From contig NC_043001.1 in assembly GCF_006345805.1 (NCBI RefSeq), forward strand, positions 124,000,001 to 124,064,000: a DNA stretch of 64,000 nt, read 5' to 3'. A program made the position numbers and the translations under genes. The notes under the pieces were generated by a model that saw nothing but the letters and a program-made list of their open reading frames with translations, searched no databases and was not told where the DNA came from. The DNA is from Octopus sinensis. Its lineage: Eukaryota. Shown one piece after another: positions 51,643 to 64,000 of the stretch (the stretch's first letter is position 1; each line of letters opens with the position of its first letter).

Positions 51643-52586
51643 GTAAGTATTTGGAAAATGCTACCGAATCTCGTTACAAATATATAATTCAGCAACTACT
51701 CAAAGCGTCGTTGGAGTTACTAAAGAGAGTCCGTGCAACCAAGCCTACCCTTCATAACGTCTGCAGTATATAAATTTGATCAATCATATTTGAGCGATCA
51801 GAATAAAATCATTCGCGGCTAATGATACTCATTTTAAATTACGTATGTTGACCACAATTTTGATAATTGCGTTTGGGGTTGACAAAAACTTTTTCTTATA
51901 GAGAATTCCAAACTTACGTATACAAAGAAGGGACATTCATAGTGAAAAACGTTGGGATCACTTTTCATAAAGTACTTTAAACATTTAATGAAATGAGTAT
52001 TGGTTACATGACATATTCTAATTCAAAAGATGAATCTACTTGTGAAGTAATGGCACAAGGCCAGCAATTTTGAGGGTTGTGGGTAAAACCCATTGCAATA
52101 ACACCAGTGCCCACCTGGTGATTATTTTATCGATCAGAGAAGAAAAAAGAGAAAGTCAACCTCGGCAGAATTTGAACTCACGTAGCGAAGACTGAAGAAA
52201 TACTTAGCATTTCGTCTGACGCGTTAACCCCTCTGCCCGTTCGGTGCCTCCTGATCGTGAAATTATAAAATATATTGAAGAGAAATACGAAAGATATCAT
52301 TAAACAATTCTGTGGTTAAGAGAAGCACAATACCAAACACTACTTTAACATTACAATCTTCCATCAAATAATTTTCAGAATGGCGTCAATTTTCCTCTGA
52401 ATGCAAATAAACGGGTGACGCCATCAATTAAGGGTGTCTATGTATTTACCTGGGGAATATATTTTGACGAATTTCCGTTGCTCCTACATGGACGTTTCTC
52501 CTCTCCGTGCTGCGATGTTTACCATGAGGAATGGCTGCCGACTCCTGTCGATAGAGCCTCAGCAGTTGTGTCGCCGCGGACATTGC

Positions 52587-52969
52587 TGTCAGAATCCAAT
52601 GAGCTGAATTAATTAAAAGTCATCTTTCCCGACTCTCTAACAGCCCAACAAATCCAACATTCTGAATTGTTACTTTTCTTTGCTTCCGAAACACATGATC
52701 AACCTCGATGAGATTGATACTCAGAGTACAGAAAGTCGGGACAAATCTAATTTACGTGAATGAGCTATCAACGATTAAGTATACTTGTATGAACATTATA
52801 TAGAAAAATCTCCATTAGTATAAAGGTCTACACGACCGTCCTGTAATTATGTAGAGTTATCAATGTCTCAAGTTTTGTCATATGCTATTGTACTGTGTAA
52901 ATAAGTATGGCTTTTTGAAAGGCATCAGTTATTGTTAAAACTGGAATGCGTAATCTGTTGCCCTGTTTA
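52587..52969 (+). repeat. Arm 1 of a ~385-bp inverted duplication (arm 2 at 54013-54406)
   Basis: Collinear reverse-complement match with scattered substitutions and one ~11-nt indel region. Confidence 0.92.
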
Positions 52970-53763
52970 CCACGAGTATCTCGTTTTTGGTTCTCTTTAA
53001 AGTTTTATACTCTGTTAAAAAGAATCACACCAAATTTTCAGCGTTATGATAAGTTCCTCCCTTTCTCATCATAGTTTCAGAGTCCGTGAAAATGTTACGG
53101 TTGCTGTTCTTTTTCCTCTGCTAAAGTTATGATGCTATATCAACATTAGGATTGCAAACGAGAACACTATCATACATTTGTGATAATCTTAGACTTAGTT
53201 AAGACGACATGTAGGAAGAATCATTAGCATGCAGGGCAAAATGCTTAGCGTCATTTCGTCCGTCTTTATCTTCTGAGGTCAAATTTCGCCGAGGTCGACC
53301 GTGCCTTTAATCCTCTCCTGATCCAGGAAATAAATACCAGCTGAATATTGAGGTCGATATAAACGACAACTTGTTCTAAAATCTCAGGCCTAGTGTCCAT
53401 AGCAATAAGAAATCTTAGACTTAGTTTATTCTGCACCCAATGGCGTTTCGGGTAACAAGACATCACGTTCCAAGCACAGTTGATCCGAAGATTATTTTCC
53501 AGGCCCTTTCCCACATCCCTCCCACTACGTGTTCGCAGATATTCCTTGACTTCTATGCGACATTTCTTATTTCCACACGAGCGAGACTCACTGGCTTCTT
53601 CGAGAGCACGCGTGCTACATAGCCGTTCATCTTATTGTCTCACGGTAATGATATGCCTAAGTTATTGATCCTAGCATTTACTTGGCTTTTCAATTCGTGA
53701 TGTGGTGATGCCTAGAAATCTTAGAATGTTTCTAAGTTAATGGTTGTGCGGAGCATCTAGTGT

Positions 53764-54403
53764 TACTCTTTTACTTTTCTACTCTTTTACTTGTTTCAGT
53801 CATTTGACTGCGGCCATGCTAGAGCACCGCCTTTAATCGAGCAACTCGACCCCGAGACTTATTCTTTTGTAAGCCCAGTACTTATTCTATCGGTCTCTTT
53901 TGGCGAACCGCTAAGTAACGGGGACATAAACTCACCAGCATCGGTTGTCAAGCAATGCTAGGGGGACAAACACAGACACACAAACACACACACGCATATA
54001 TATATATATATATAAACAGGGCAACAGATTACGCATTCCAGTTTTAACAATAACTGATGCCTTTCAAAAGGCCATACTTATTTACACTGTGCAATAGCAT
54101 ATGACAAAACTTGTGTCATTGTTAACTCTACATAATTACAGGACGGTTGTGTAGACCTTTATACAAATGGAGATTTCTCTATATAATGTTCATACAAGTA
54201 TACTTAATCGTTGATAGCTCATTCACGTAAATTAGATTTGTCCCGACTCTCTGTACTCTGAGTATCAATCTCAATCTCAGGTCAAATGGGGCCTTCATGT
54301 GTTTCGGAAGCAAAGAAAAGTAACAATTCAGAATGTTGGATTTGTTGGGCTGTTAGAGAGTCGGGAAAGATGACTTTTAATTAATTCAGCTCATTGGATT
54401 CTG

Positions 54404-54444
<41 letters not shown>

Positions 54445-54609
54445 TACGACGAGCTTCTTTCAGTTTCCGTCTACCAAATCCACTCACAAGGCATTGGTCG
54501 GCCCAAGGCTGTAGTAGAAGACACTTGCCCAAGGTGCCACGCAGTGGGACTGAATCCGGAACCATGTGGTTGGTAGGCAAGCTACTTACCACACAGCCAC
54601 TCCTGCGCC
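53764..54609 (-). mobile_element. SINE family A split by the inverted duplicate inserted in its central TA tract
   Basis: 3' half at 53764-54012, 5' half at ~54407-54609, non-SINE insert at 54013-54406. Confidence 0.9.
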
Positions 54610-55289
54610 ACTGCTGTTCAACTTTTGCTCAAATGATTTTGCTCAACTTTTTCAACATATCGGACATGACGTTTCACAATGATGTAAATTGCATTTTGTT
54701 TTCCTATTTTCAACATGTGTTAATGTCATTGTAGATATGTACATATATTGTAATTGCTTTATACGTAGGATATGGTTCACTGTTATAATTTTTCAGAAAT
54801 ATCCATAATAAAGTTTACTGACGTATTTGTTTTAATGAAGTGTACAAAAGCGATTGTGATTCATTTTAGAGGTCTGCAGCAGCTGAAAGGAAGACGAAAA
54901 GCTATCCCCAGCTCAGTGGTCTGTTGTTTGCCTTGTCTGTTTTATGTACATGTATTTATATAGGAACACAGTTGGTGATTCTGTAATAGCAACAATGATG
55001 CATCAGTTAGTGAATTTTCCTTTTACGAAAGTCACTTTAGTGCGCATCCCACACACGCTTCGACACATACATACACACACACACAAATACACAAACATGC
55101 ATATGTGCATCTAAGTATAGAAAATGTTATTCATATTTTGAATCCTAGTTGAAAAAGATTTTGATCTCAGTCAGCAGGAAATATTTGACGTCAGTTATAT
55201 AACGTGTATCTGTGTGTGCATGTATGTTTATGTGCGCGTGTGTGTCGTATCTCTAGTCCTCTCTTCTCTCACTATCTTTTATACATACG

Positions 55290-55337
<48 letters not shown>

Positions 55338-55500
55338 ATATATTATATATATTATATTTATATACAGACATACACACACACACATATTATTAATATAGAT
55401 GAGTATATATATATAATATTATATATATATATATATTACACATATATTATATATACATACATATAACAATTATTCGGTGTTTTAGCGATGATAAAACTCC

Positions 55501-55604
55501 GAGTTTCGGATGTCGGGGCGGAAAACTACGCCAGCATCTCTTCTTTGATGGCCCGATAACTGAAGAGATGCCGCAGTGGGTTTCCGCCCCGACATCCGAA
55601 ACTC
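55501..55604. repeat. GC-rich hairpin element between TA and GATA tracts
   Basis: 24-bp perfect outer stem (55501-55524 / 55581-55604), 10-bp inner stem GCATCTCTTC / GAAGAGATGC, 18-nt loop. Confidence 0.9.
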
Positions 55605-55606
55605 GT

Positions 55607-55640
55607 AGGTAGATAGATAGATAGATAGATAGACAGATAA

Positions 55641-55688
<48 letters not shown>

Positions 55689-55689
55689 G

Positions 55690-55769
<80 letters not shown>

Positions 55770-55770
55770 C
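55607..55770. repeat. (GATA)n tract
   Basis: Directly visible. Confidence 0.95.
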
Positions 55771-56836
55771 AGACATAGAAAGATGTTTGTATACTTCCAT
55801 TCTTTTTTCTGCAGTCTTTGATGTTCGGTCATACTTAACTACTATCTTGAATGATTTACCTAAACATTTCTGACCCATAACTTACTCTCTTGCCCAACTG
55901 ATTGACCTGGGGGACATGAGCAAACTACACATGTACTTACACATCCACTCACACACATACACACACATATATGTATACACACATACACAGACGGTGAGCT
56001 TCCAGAGAGTATCATTCTCATAAAGCAATGGTCAAGCTTGGTTGTGCATTAGAAGTTCTTCCTCGTGTTGTTGTGTAATGGGTTTGAACACCAAGTCATA
56101 TGATTACTACTCGGAAATCTTAACCACAATGTCCATATCTTGTCTGAAATACCATGCCGTTTTATATCATGCTCTTTTCTCTAACTACTATAATATATTT
56201 ATGAGCAACTCGAGTTCATTTATATATAATACATAGCGTGTTTCTTTATCACAGAGTTTGTAACTTAGTTTCACAAGTTACATAATTATGTTTTGTGTCA
56301 GACAATAAACCAATGGAGACAGAAAAATCTCATTGATCTTCCCTTGAGGATACTAGAAATTTAGCATTTCTCTTGATTTTTGCTTTATATAGTATATTTA
56401 TTTGCATTTATTTCATGATCTGGCAGTCATACTTATTCAACTTTAAAGCAAATGTATTAATGAAGAACATATTTTACTTCTATTCGTTTATTTACAATAA
56501 ATGCGTACGTTTATATTGCCTCCGTATTGTCTCGTATAATAAAAGTAGTTTTAAAGTTATATGGTCATTCATACATGTATTCATACGGCATTATTTAAAT
56601 TATTTTCAAACATATATATGTGTGCTTGTACGTATTTGTGCTTCGCTCTGTTGTTATATGTGTGTGCTTGTGTGAGCGCGTATATGTGTGCATGTGAGAG
56701 TATATATATTATATATATAATATATATATATATATATTATATATATATATATATATAATACACAACACATTATATATATATATACAGAATAAAAGAGCAT
56801 AGATAGATAGATAGATAAGATAAATAGATAGATAGC

Positions 56837-56891
<55 letters not shown>

Positions 56892-56959
56892 GCAGATAGA
56901 GGGAGATAACATACATATATACATATGTATATATATATATATACATGTATATATATACA

Positions 56960-57003
<44 letters not shown>

Positions 57004-57514
57004 CATACACACATACAGACATATACTATATGTAAAACTGGCTGTACACCCACTAGAGCTGTGTTTAGAGATCAATGTCAATTACCAACATGCAGTCTGT
57101 TTCCTGTATAATGGGTTGGCTACAAATGTGCATAGTAATGTAACTGGTTACTATATACAAAAAACTGTAGCAGACGTTAAGAGAAATACATTTATATTAT
57201 TTGTTCATACGTACATTAAACCATTATGGTTGTTTAGAACTTTGCATAAGCTATTCCAGATGCGACTAGATATTTAACGACAACATATCATCATGTAAGT
57301 ATTTTATTGCATTATGTGACAAAGATCTTTGAAACACAATATAGTAAAGTGTTCCTTTAGAATCCAATTACACTTAGAAAATCCTTTTGAGAGAACAAAC
57401 AACCACAATATTGAAACGTACGTAGGAACATTTTATATAACCTTGTGTTTACAGTAATAATAATGAATTAAATACTTACTTTTCATATGTGTGGTATGCG
57501 TGTTTCTGTGTGGG

Positions 57515-57549
<35 letters not shown>

Positions 57550-57879
57550 GCGTATGCACACACAGATATATATACGTATTTATGTATATATGTATGAAAC
57601 CATGTATTTATGTACGATAAATATATATATATTAATATGTATGTATATGTGTGTGCGTCTGTGTTAATGTGTGCTGGCGTGTGTGTGTGTGTGTGTACGT
57701 ATGTTTGCATGTTTTATTCTGCTTTCAATTATTTGATGTTCTCCAGCAGACAACGAATTGATTTCTTACAAACTTACAAAATTCCATAGCTTGATAGTCG
57801 ATGAGAAAAACCACACGTTTGAAATTGGGAAACGTCTTGCATATTCGTACTGCTCCGCTCGGGGATCTATCTATCTGTG

Positions 57880-57945
<66 letters not shown>

Positions 57946-57993
57946 ATCTATCTATCTATCTATGTATCTATCTATATATCTATCTATCTATCT

Positions 57994-59335
57994 ATTCTCT
58001 TTCGCTTATTGTGGAAAGGATGCGTCCCGATGGTCAGGCGATCCATTTGCTGTCAACACCCGTTAAAAGGAGGGCTGGGCATGCCGTGGTTGATGATGCG
58101 CAGACACGCGCTGAGACTGCGACATCTCTGGCTCTATGTAGACGATGGTGAACAGGTGTGGTCGCCGTTTGTGAGGCACGCTTTCCCGCAGCTCGTCTCC
58201 ATGACCGACCGGCAGTCGTGGATCAAAAAGAGGCCGAAGAAGGGCGAATGGCACCGCGAGTGTCGCGTTGCTCTCAAGCAACTCTGCCGTCCTGGGTCGA
58301 CCTTGAGTGACTTCAACACAACCAAAGCATTCTATAGGGGTTTAGTGGAGGGGAGGTACGACGACGAGCTCAGGGCGAACCTGCACGTCGACGAGGAGTA
58401 GTACCTGACCCGCCTGTTCAGGACGACTTTCGGGCAGGGCCCATGGACAACTTCCAGAGATCCCTGGCCTGGCAGTGGTGCTACCGAGAAGCGCTACCCG
58501 TTCGGGATAAGCTCTACAGACACGGCTCGAGAAACACGGGGCCCGACCTGCCCGAGATGCGGTCAGAGAGCGACGAAACCGTTCTGCACGCACTCGTGCA
58601 GTGTCAAACAATTTCCGACCTGTGGGCTTATGTCGAACAACTGCTGTCACGTGTGGGACGAGTCGGTTTATCAGCTGAGTCTATCGTCAATATTGTCACG
58701 CCTCCCTCCTTCAAACGGGAAGGAAGAGCTATTTTCATCATCCTTGGCTATGGCGAAAGAAGGTATCTGGTGGACGCGTCTGAAAGGATTGGAGACAAAC
58801 ACTTCCTCTCTGGTCAATCTCTCATCAACTTCTTCAAGTACCACTTGAAAAGGAAAGTGAGAGTAGAGAGGCAAGTTTTGTCTAGCGAATGTTTTAAAAA
58901 AGATGGGTGAATGTAGCAAGAATGGCACATATGATGACGAAGCCACCTTGAGCATGATCCTATGAACCCAGAAATTGAAAACAGAGAGTTGCTTATTTGC
59001 AAAAAAAAAAAAAAAGAAATATACCATATGACTCCATTGACCGAGGTTACCGTGGTCTTTTCCGTAGGCTTTTCTTTCCACGGGTAAATCTCACCTGTCC
59101 TCCCCTTTACACTTCATATTGACATTTCTGTGATAACGATCCCTATTGATCAATTTTTTTTTTCCTCTCCCCCTTTTTTTTAACCCCCCTTTTTTTTTGT
59201 CCTCGTTCTCTCCTTTTACGATCCCTTTTGATCGAAACTCCCCCTTCCCTTTTTTTTTTTAAACCTTCAAAAGAAAAGCTCTACCTTGTAATTTATTCTA
59301 TCTGTGTGCAGCCCTGTGTGGCTAATAAAGAAACA

Positions 59336-59336
<1 letters not shown>
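57994..59336 (+). mobile_element. Tx1/L1-clade LINE, 5'-truncated copy 3
   Basis: ILFRLLWKGCVPMVRRSICCQHP... matches copy 2 from ~10387. Has a premature stop at 58399-58401 and frameshifts. Same 3' junction GAAACAT|ATCT, with (ATCT)n upstream. Confidence 0.94.
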
Positions 59337-59397
<61 letters not shown>

Positions 59398-59704
59398 CTA
59401 ATACGTATTGCACCTGTTTGTTTGTGCCTTTTTGTATATAAGTGTATTCCTAATAACTGGATGGTTTGAAATATTAAGAAATATGAATATTGAGACAGCT
59501 ATTATAATAGAAACATAGCATTTACAGAAGCTAAAACTTATCATTGACTTCTCACAGACATAGTTTATCATAATTAACTCTCAACACAGGTTTTATTTCT
59601 AAAGTAATTTAGCTACACAAGAATATTACATCGAGCAGCTGGAAGGCAGTAACAAAGATGCTCTGCTTTATGTACACAGTAAATGATATATTATATATAT
59701 ATTA

Positions 59705-59745
<41 letters not shown>

Positions 59746-59771
59746 ACTGTTGAGAAGTGTCTGTGTGGGTA

Positions 59772-60767
59772 GGCGCAAGAGTGGCTGTGTGGTAAGTAGC
59801 GTGCTTACCACGCATGCGTGAGTTTGTCAGTTACTTACGATAGTGAACACTGTCAAGACGTGCTTGGAGGCAGTCTTGAATTAAAGAAACGTTGAAGGCG
59901 CGACTGCAAGGTAGGAATCTGTCTTTTTATGGACTCGGTGTGGAATCTTAATTTTTTTATATTGTTTTTTCTCGAAAAGAAATCCTCATTGGGTCCTACA
60001 CATTTGTCTGCTGCGGTCGCGCCGAGTGATTCTCTTAGCTGGGAGAATTGTTGTTTTGGTGGGCGTATCTCGATACCAAAATTTGGAAGATTTATGAATT
60101 CGTGGAGGAATTTTTGTGGGCTGCGACGGTAAACTGGAATACCTGTATACTTGTAGATTTATCTGAGTGACGGAATTGTGTTGCCGTGAATTGAACTGTT
60201 TTCCTTCGTTCTTTTTCTCTGCTCTGTCTTTCTGTTCATTTTGTGTTGTTATTGGACTTTTTATTAGGAACATTTTAGATTTTGTGTTGACCCTTTCTCT
60301 TTATTTTTCTTTTGCAAGCATGGCAAACAAGCCACTGTATTGGAATGGCAAATTGTCGCCCCCCAATCAGTGAGAAAAAACTTTAATGAGAGTTCGGTGG
60401 TGTTGAATTCACATTCTAAGTGCCTCGACACCATCAATGTGTTCTCCCAGACGGACATTGAAAAGGAGTTGGTAGAATATAAGCCAACTATTAAGTTTAT
60501 TGCAAGGGGTGTCAAATATGCAACACTGTGGTTGCTGTTAGACACTCCTAGGGAGGCTCGAGAGTTTGCGAGCCAACCATTGGAAGGGGAGAAAATTCTG
60601 TTTCTCCCCAGATATGGTGGGCGGAAATTGACAACAGCTTGAGTGTGTGGACTGTCACCCGGAATAGAGCCTGAATGGTACCGGGTTCATCTCCACTGTA
60701 TAGCACTTTGGTCCCACAAAAGCCTTGTGATTGGATTTGGTAGACGGAAACTGATGGAAGCCCGTCG

Positions 60768-60827
<60 letters not shown>

Positions 60828-61030
60828 TTGTGTGTCTGTGTTTGTCCCCCCAACATCGCTTGACAACCGATGGCGGTGTGTTTACGTCCCGGTAACTTAG
60901 CGGTTCGGCAAAAGAGACGGATACTAGGCTTACAAAGAATAAGTCCTGGGGTCGATTTGCTCGACTAAAGGCGGTGCTCCAACATGGCCGGAGTCAAATG
61001 ACTGAAACAATTAGAAAAAGAGAGAAAAGA
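59772..61030 (+). mobile_element. SINE family A interrupted in its tRNA-derived head
   Basis: Head at 59772-59810 (...GCTTACCA). It resumes at 60675 with ATGGTACCGGGTTCATCTCCACTG, the expected continuation ATGGTTCCGGGTTCAGTCCCACTG, and runs to the tail at 61030. Confidence 0.85.
59811..60678 (+). pseudogene. Probable 5' UTR and ORF1 N-terminal fragment of an L1/Tx1-like LINE
   Basis: About 510-nt leader, ATG at 60320 (MANKPLYWNGK), then a frameshifted 100-codon open frame (...KFIARGVKYATLWLLLDTPREAREFASQPLE..ILFLPRYGGRK...GLSPGIEPEW). Resemblance to Tx1-type ORF1 is from recall, not from a search. Confidence 0.5.
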
Positions 61031-62954
61031 TTTATATATATATTTATATATATACATACATACATACATACATACTATATGTATATATAGATATAGATAC
61101 ATATATATATAGATATACATACATATATGTTTATATACATACATACATACACCGCGCGCGCTCACACACACACACACACACGTAGATATTAATACATATA
61201 TATATATAGCGAGAGAATGAATGCATCCACGCATGGGTGGGGGTTAGTGGAGCGGCGCAATGTGATAGATATTAGGTACGAATAGAACAACCTGATAGCT
61301 AATAAGCAGCATTACTTCTCATGAAGAAGTAAGTTGACAGTTAACCGTGTTGGATATACAAATATATTGAGCATATCCTTTTGAAGGCTTTATTTCGGTA
61401 GATATCAAAGGTACTTTTAAGTAAACTTTGTTTGAATATGAGTTTATTAATCACATTCTTGTTTCATTCTATCAGTCAGTTCTTTGATGTTCAATGCATA
61501 CTGCTGCAATGAATGTGATTATTGGAATATCCTGAAAAACGTGCTCAAATGACGCTGCAGTTCTACTTAGGGATTGCAGTGCTTCTCTAGATCCAAGAAA
61601 CGTCTCAATAGAAGAAGAGATATTAATCTCCCATTAAAATGTTTTTTATAAAGTTATCACTACAGATTTTCAAGAGCAATTATAGCCATCACTGATTTGT
61701 TACGACGTTTCGTATCCGAATACGTCTAAAGTAAACAATGCCATCGAAGACAGAAAAATAGGTAATGAGTGTATATGCTTATCCCAGGAGATATTTCTCC
61801 TTCTCCAGCACCCCGTGCATGCCATTAACCAGCCAAAACTCATTGCTTAAATGGCTACTAGATATAGCGGTGTAACACTATCGGATATATTTTTCAACTG
61901 GACCATTAGGGACTATGACTAACCATGTGTCCTTGAAGAGTTTTTGCAGGATTGAAATCTAAGTGAGTCGGAAATATTTTATACATTTTTCTATAAATTC
62001 CAATTTATCAGTTTTTAGTCATTTTAAACCATTTGTCTAACCTCTAGCATTTTCCATTTCAAAATGCTTATAGTGTGGTAATTTTTTGAATACTAAGAAT
62101 CGAAAATTTTATGAGGGTGTGTAGGCTTCCGTTTATGACTTTGACAACGATATCTAGGAATTTTCTTGGATCTTTTTAGTTTAAACACACATTCGTCGTA
62201 AATTGGGGTACATTTTTCTACTTATTTGTGGCAGTGATGGGAATATATTTCCAAATTAATGGATATAGCTTTCTCTTCCGACATGCTTACAGATAAATAT
62301 ATTCTGTTTTTACGAAGATTGTGCAACCAGAAATAACATGGTCGATTCTTACACTTTATATTGGTTATGAAATTTTCAATTTAAATTAAACATCTGCTCT
62401 AATTTTTATGCTTGTAAAAAATTTTTATTATTGCTGTTTAGCCTCAGTTCACTCTGATCCAGTACACCTGCCATCGCATTTACCTTGTGACAACCACTTC
62501 TGTTTAGAAGTGTGTAAGACTGCATAATCTGATGATAAATATTCTTATATTATGAATCAGGAGCGATTTTTGTTTCTCTAATTTGACAACTACAAAGAGG
62601 ATTGCACATAACAATCACATAACGATTTTGATAATGTTTGTGGTTTTGGCATCGATTTTGGTGAGATCTTCTACATTTTTTTTTACCTTTTTGAGTATTT
62701 GTTAACTTTCATATTGCGTCAATTCCTCTTATTCTCGTATATCATATGGTAATAACCATGTTTTTATACATATTTTGTGTGACTTCCTAGCTTGTTTTGT
62801 GCTACGTTTTTGGTGTTCCGCTTTGATTATATATTGTTTCATCGTCTTTATACTTTCAGGTGTTTGTCCATTACAGTTTATCGGCTCGCAGAAAAGCTAT
62901 ACAGTTTGAGGAAAATAGTGATGGATGGCATTAGTAATGTGTAATGCTTTCAAG

Positions 62955-63150
62955 TTTTGGCCCAAGGCCAGCAAGTTTGTTGGGAAGAGTCAAATCAATT
63001 AGATCGTTCCCAGTACTTTACTGGTACTTATTTTATCAACCCCGAATGGACGAAAAGCTAATGTCGGCGAAATCTTAACTCAAAATCTAATAATGAGACG
63101 GAAAAATACCGCAAAGCGTTCTTTCCGACGCACAAACAATTCTGCCACCT
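62955..63150 (-). mobile_element. Degenerate SINE family B
   Basis: CCCAGTACTTTACTGGTACTTATTTTATCAACCCCGAA...GCTAATG...AACTCAAAA. Confidence 0.6.
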
Positions 63151-63204
63151 TTAGGTAAGTAGTGATGTAAAGTAGTGAGGTAGTGAGTAGCGATTTTCTT
63201 CACT

Positions 63205-63560
63205 ATTTCAGGGAGTGACTACCCTGCCTGACACGAATCCCGGGCTCAGGCGGCTCCGGCTGACAGTATCCGGTATGGCCCCCTATCCAGGGTTAAAGAA
63301 AGGAGACAACCTTCAAAGAAATCCAGAGTGGATCACCGTAGGCAGTTTAGTGTTCGACTCGACACTTTTCCAGCAGCTCCTGCAACCAAGCTCGTGCCAA
63401 ACGTAATGATCTGCACTCCTTTGGACTACGTCAGCAAGGTCGAGATAGGAGTCCTGATGATTGGGCTACCCAGGATTTTCTTACATCTAGTCAGGCCTGC
63501 GCAAAACTGGAGAGGAAATGAAATGTAAAAACCAGACTGGATTAGTTTATGCGCAACTCC
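63205..63560 (+). mobile_element. Possible RTE-type LINE 5' region
   Basis: GC-richer segment with AACCTTCAAAGAAATCCAGAGTGG...CAGCTCCTGCAACCAAGC..TGCCAAACGTA, recalled as resembling RTE 5' UTRs. No coding motif. Confidence 0.35.
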
Positions 63561-63721
63561 ATTGTCTCCCAAGACGAAAGGATACCAAAAACAACAACAA
63601 AGAGACCGAACAGCGGAATAAATATTAAACCGTAAAGAAGAACAGAAATATAACTTTACGGATAGAATCCTTCGTCGAAATAAGAATAAATGTTTATTTG
63701 TGTTGGCGGATAATATTGGCA

Positions 63722-63931
63722 TCACATTTTAGCACAAGGCCAACATGTTCGGGAGAGGGGTCAAGCCGATTACATCGATCCCAGTGTTCAACTGTTACTT
63801 ATTTTATCGACCCCGAAAGGATATCAGGCAAAGTCGATCCCGGCGGCATTTGACCCTAGAACGTGAAGATGGATAAAGCGCTGCTAAGCATTTTGTCCGG
63901 CATGCTAACGATTCTGCCAGCTCACTGCCTT
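63722..63931 (-). mobile_element. SINE family B
   Basis: CGATTACATCGATCCCAGTG...TTTATCGACCCCGAAAGGAT...CTAACGATTCTGCCAGCTCACTGCCTT. Confidence 0.85.
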
Positions 63932-64000
63932 GAGTTGCTGGATAATGTTAACAGTAGAAATAGGGGCGAAAAAAACATTTGTTGAATGATTTGGATGTTC

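Noticed and set aside
62859-62935. Strong acceptor TCTTTATACTTTCAG as an exon start
   Set aside because: Two frames stop within 17-25 codons, there is no convincing donor, and no supporting context.

Overview
AT-rich, microsatellite-dense eukaryotic DNA made up mostly of transposable elements. The SINE families and SSR density resemble octopus/cephalopod genomes (inference). I found no intact protein-coding gene, rRNA, tRNA gene or CRISPR array. Most ORF-track entries are microsatellite translations or antisense shadows of TE ORFs. Supported elements: (1) three closely related 5'-truncated Tx1/L1-clade LINE copies, all embedded in (ATCT)n tracts with an identical 3' junction, plus three divergent Tx1-like fragments; (2) a cluster of R4/Dong-clade RLE retrotransposon copies in (AAT)n tracts; (3) a full-length but dead irritans-like mariner, plus Tc1, maT and mariner-MITE remnants; (4) Helitron/Helentron-like non-autonomous elements; (5) an RTE RT fragment; (6) many tRNA-derived SINEs of four families; (7) TA-tract-embedded foldback elements, some carrying hammerhead-ribozyme-like motifs. 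The clearest overall pattern is that each retroelement class occupies its own microsatellite type. There are also local direct and inverted duplications and low-confidence candidate host exons, including a possible micro-exon cluster at 35.2-35.9 kb.
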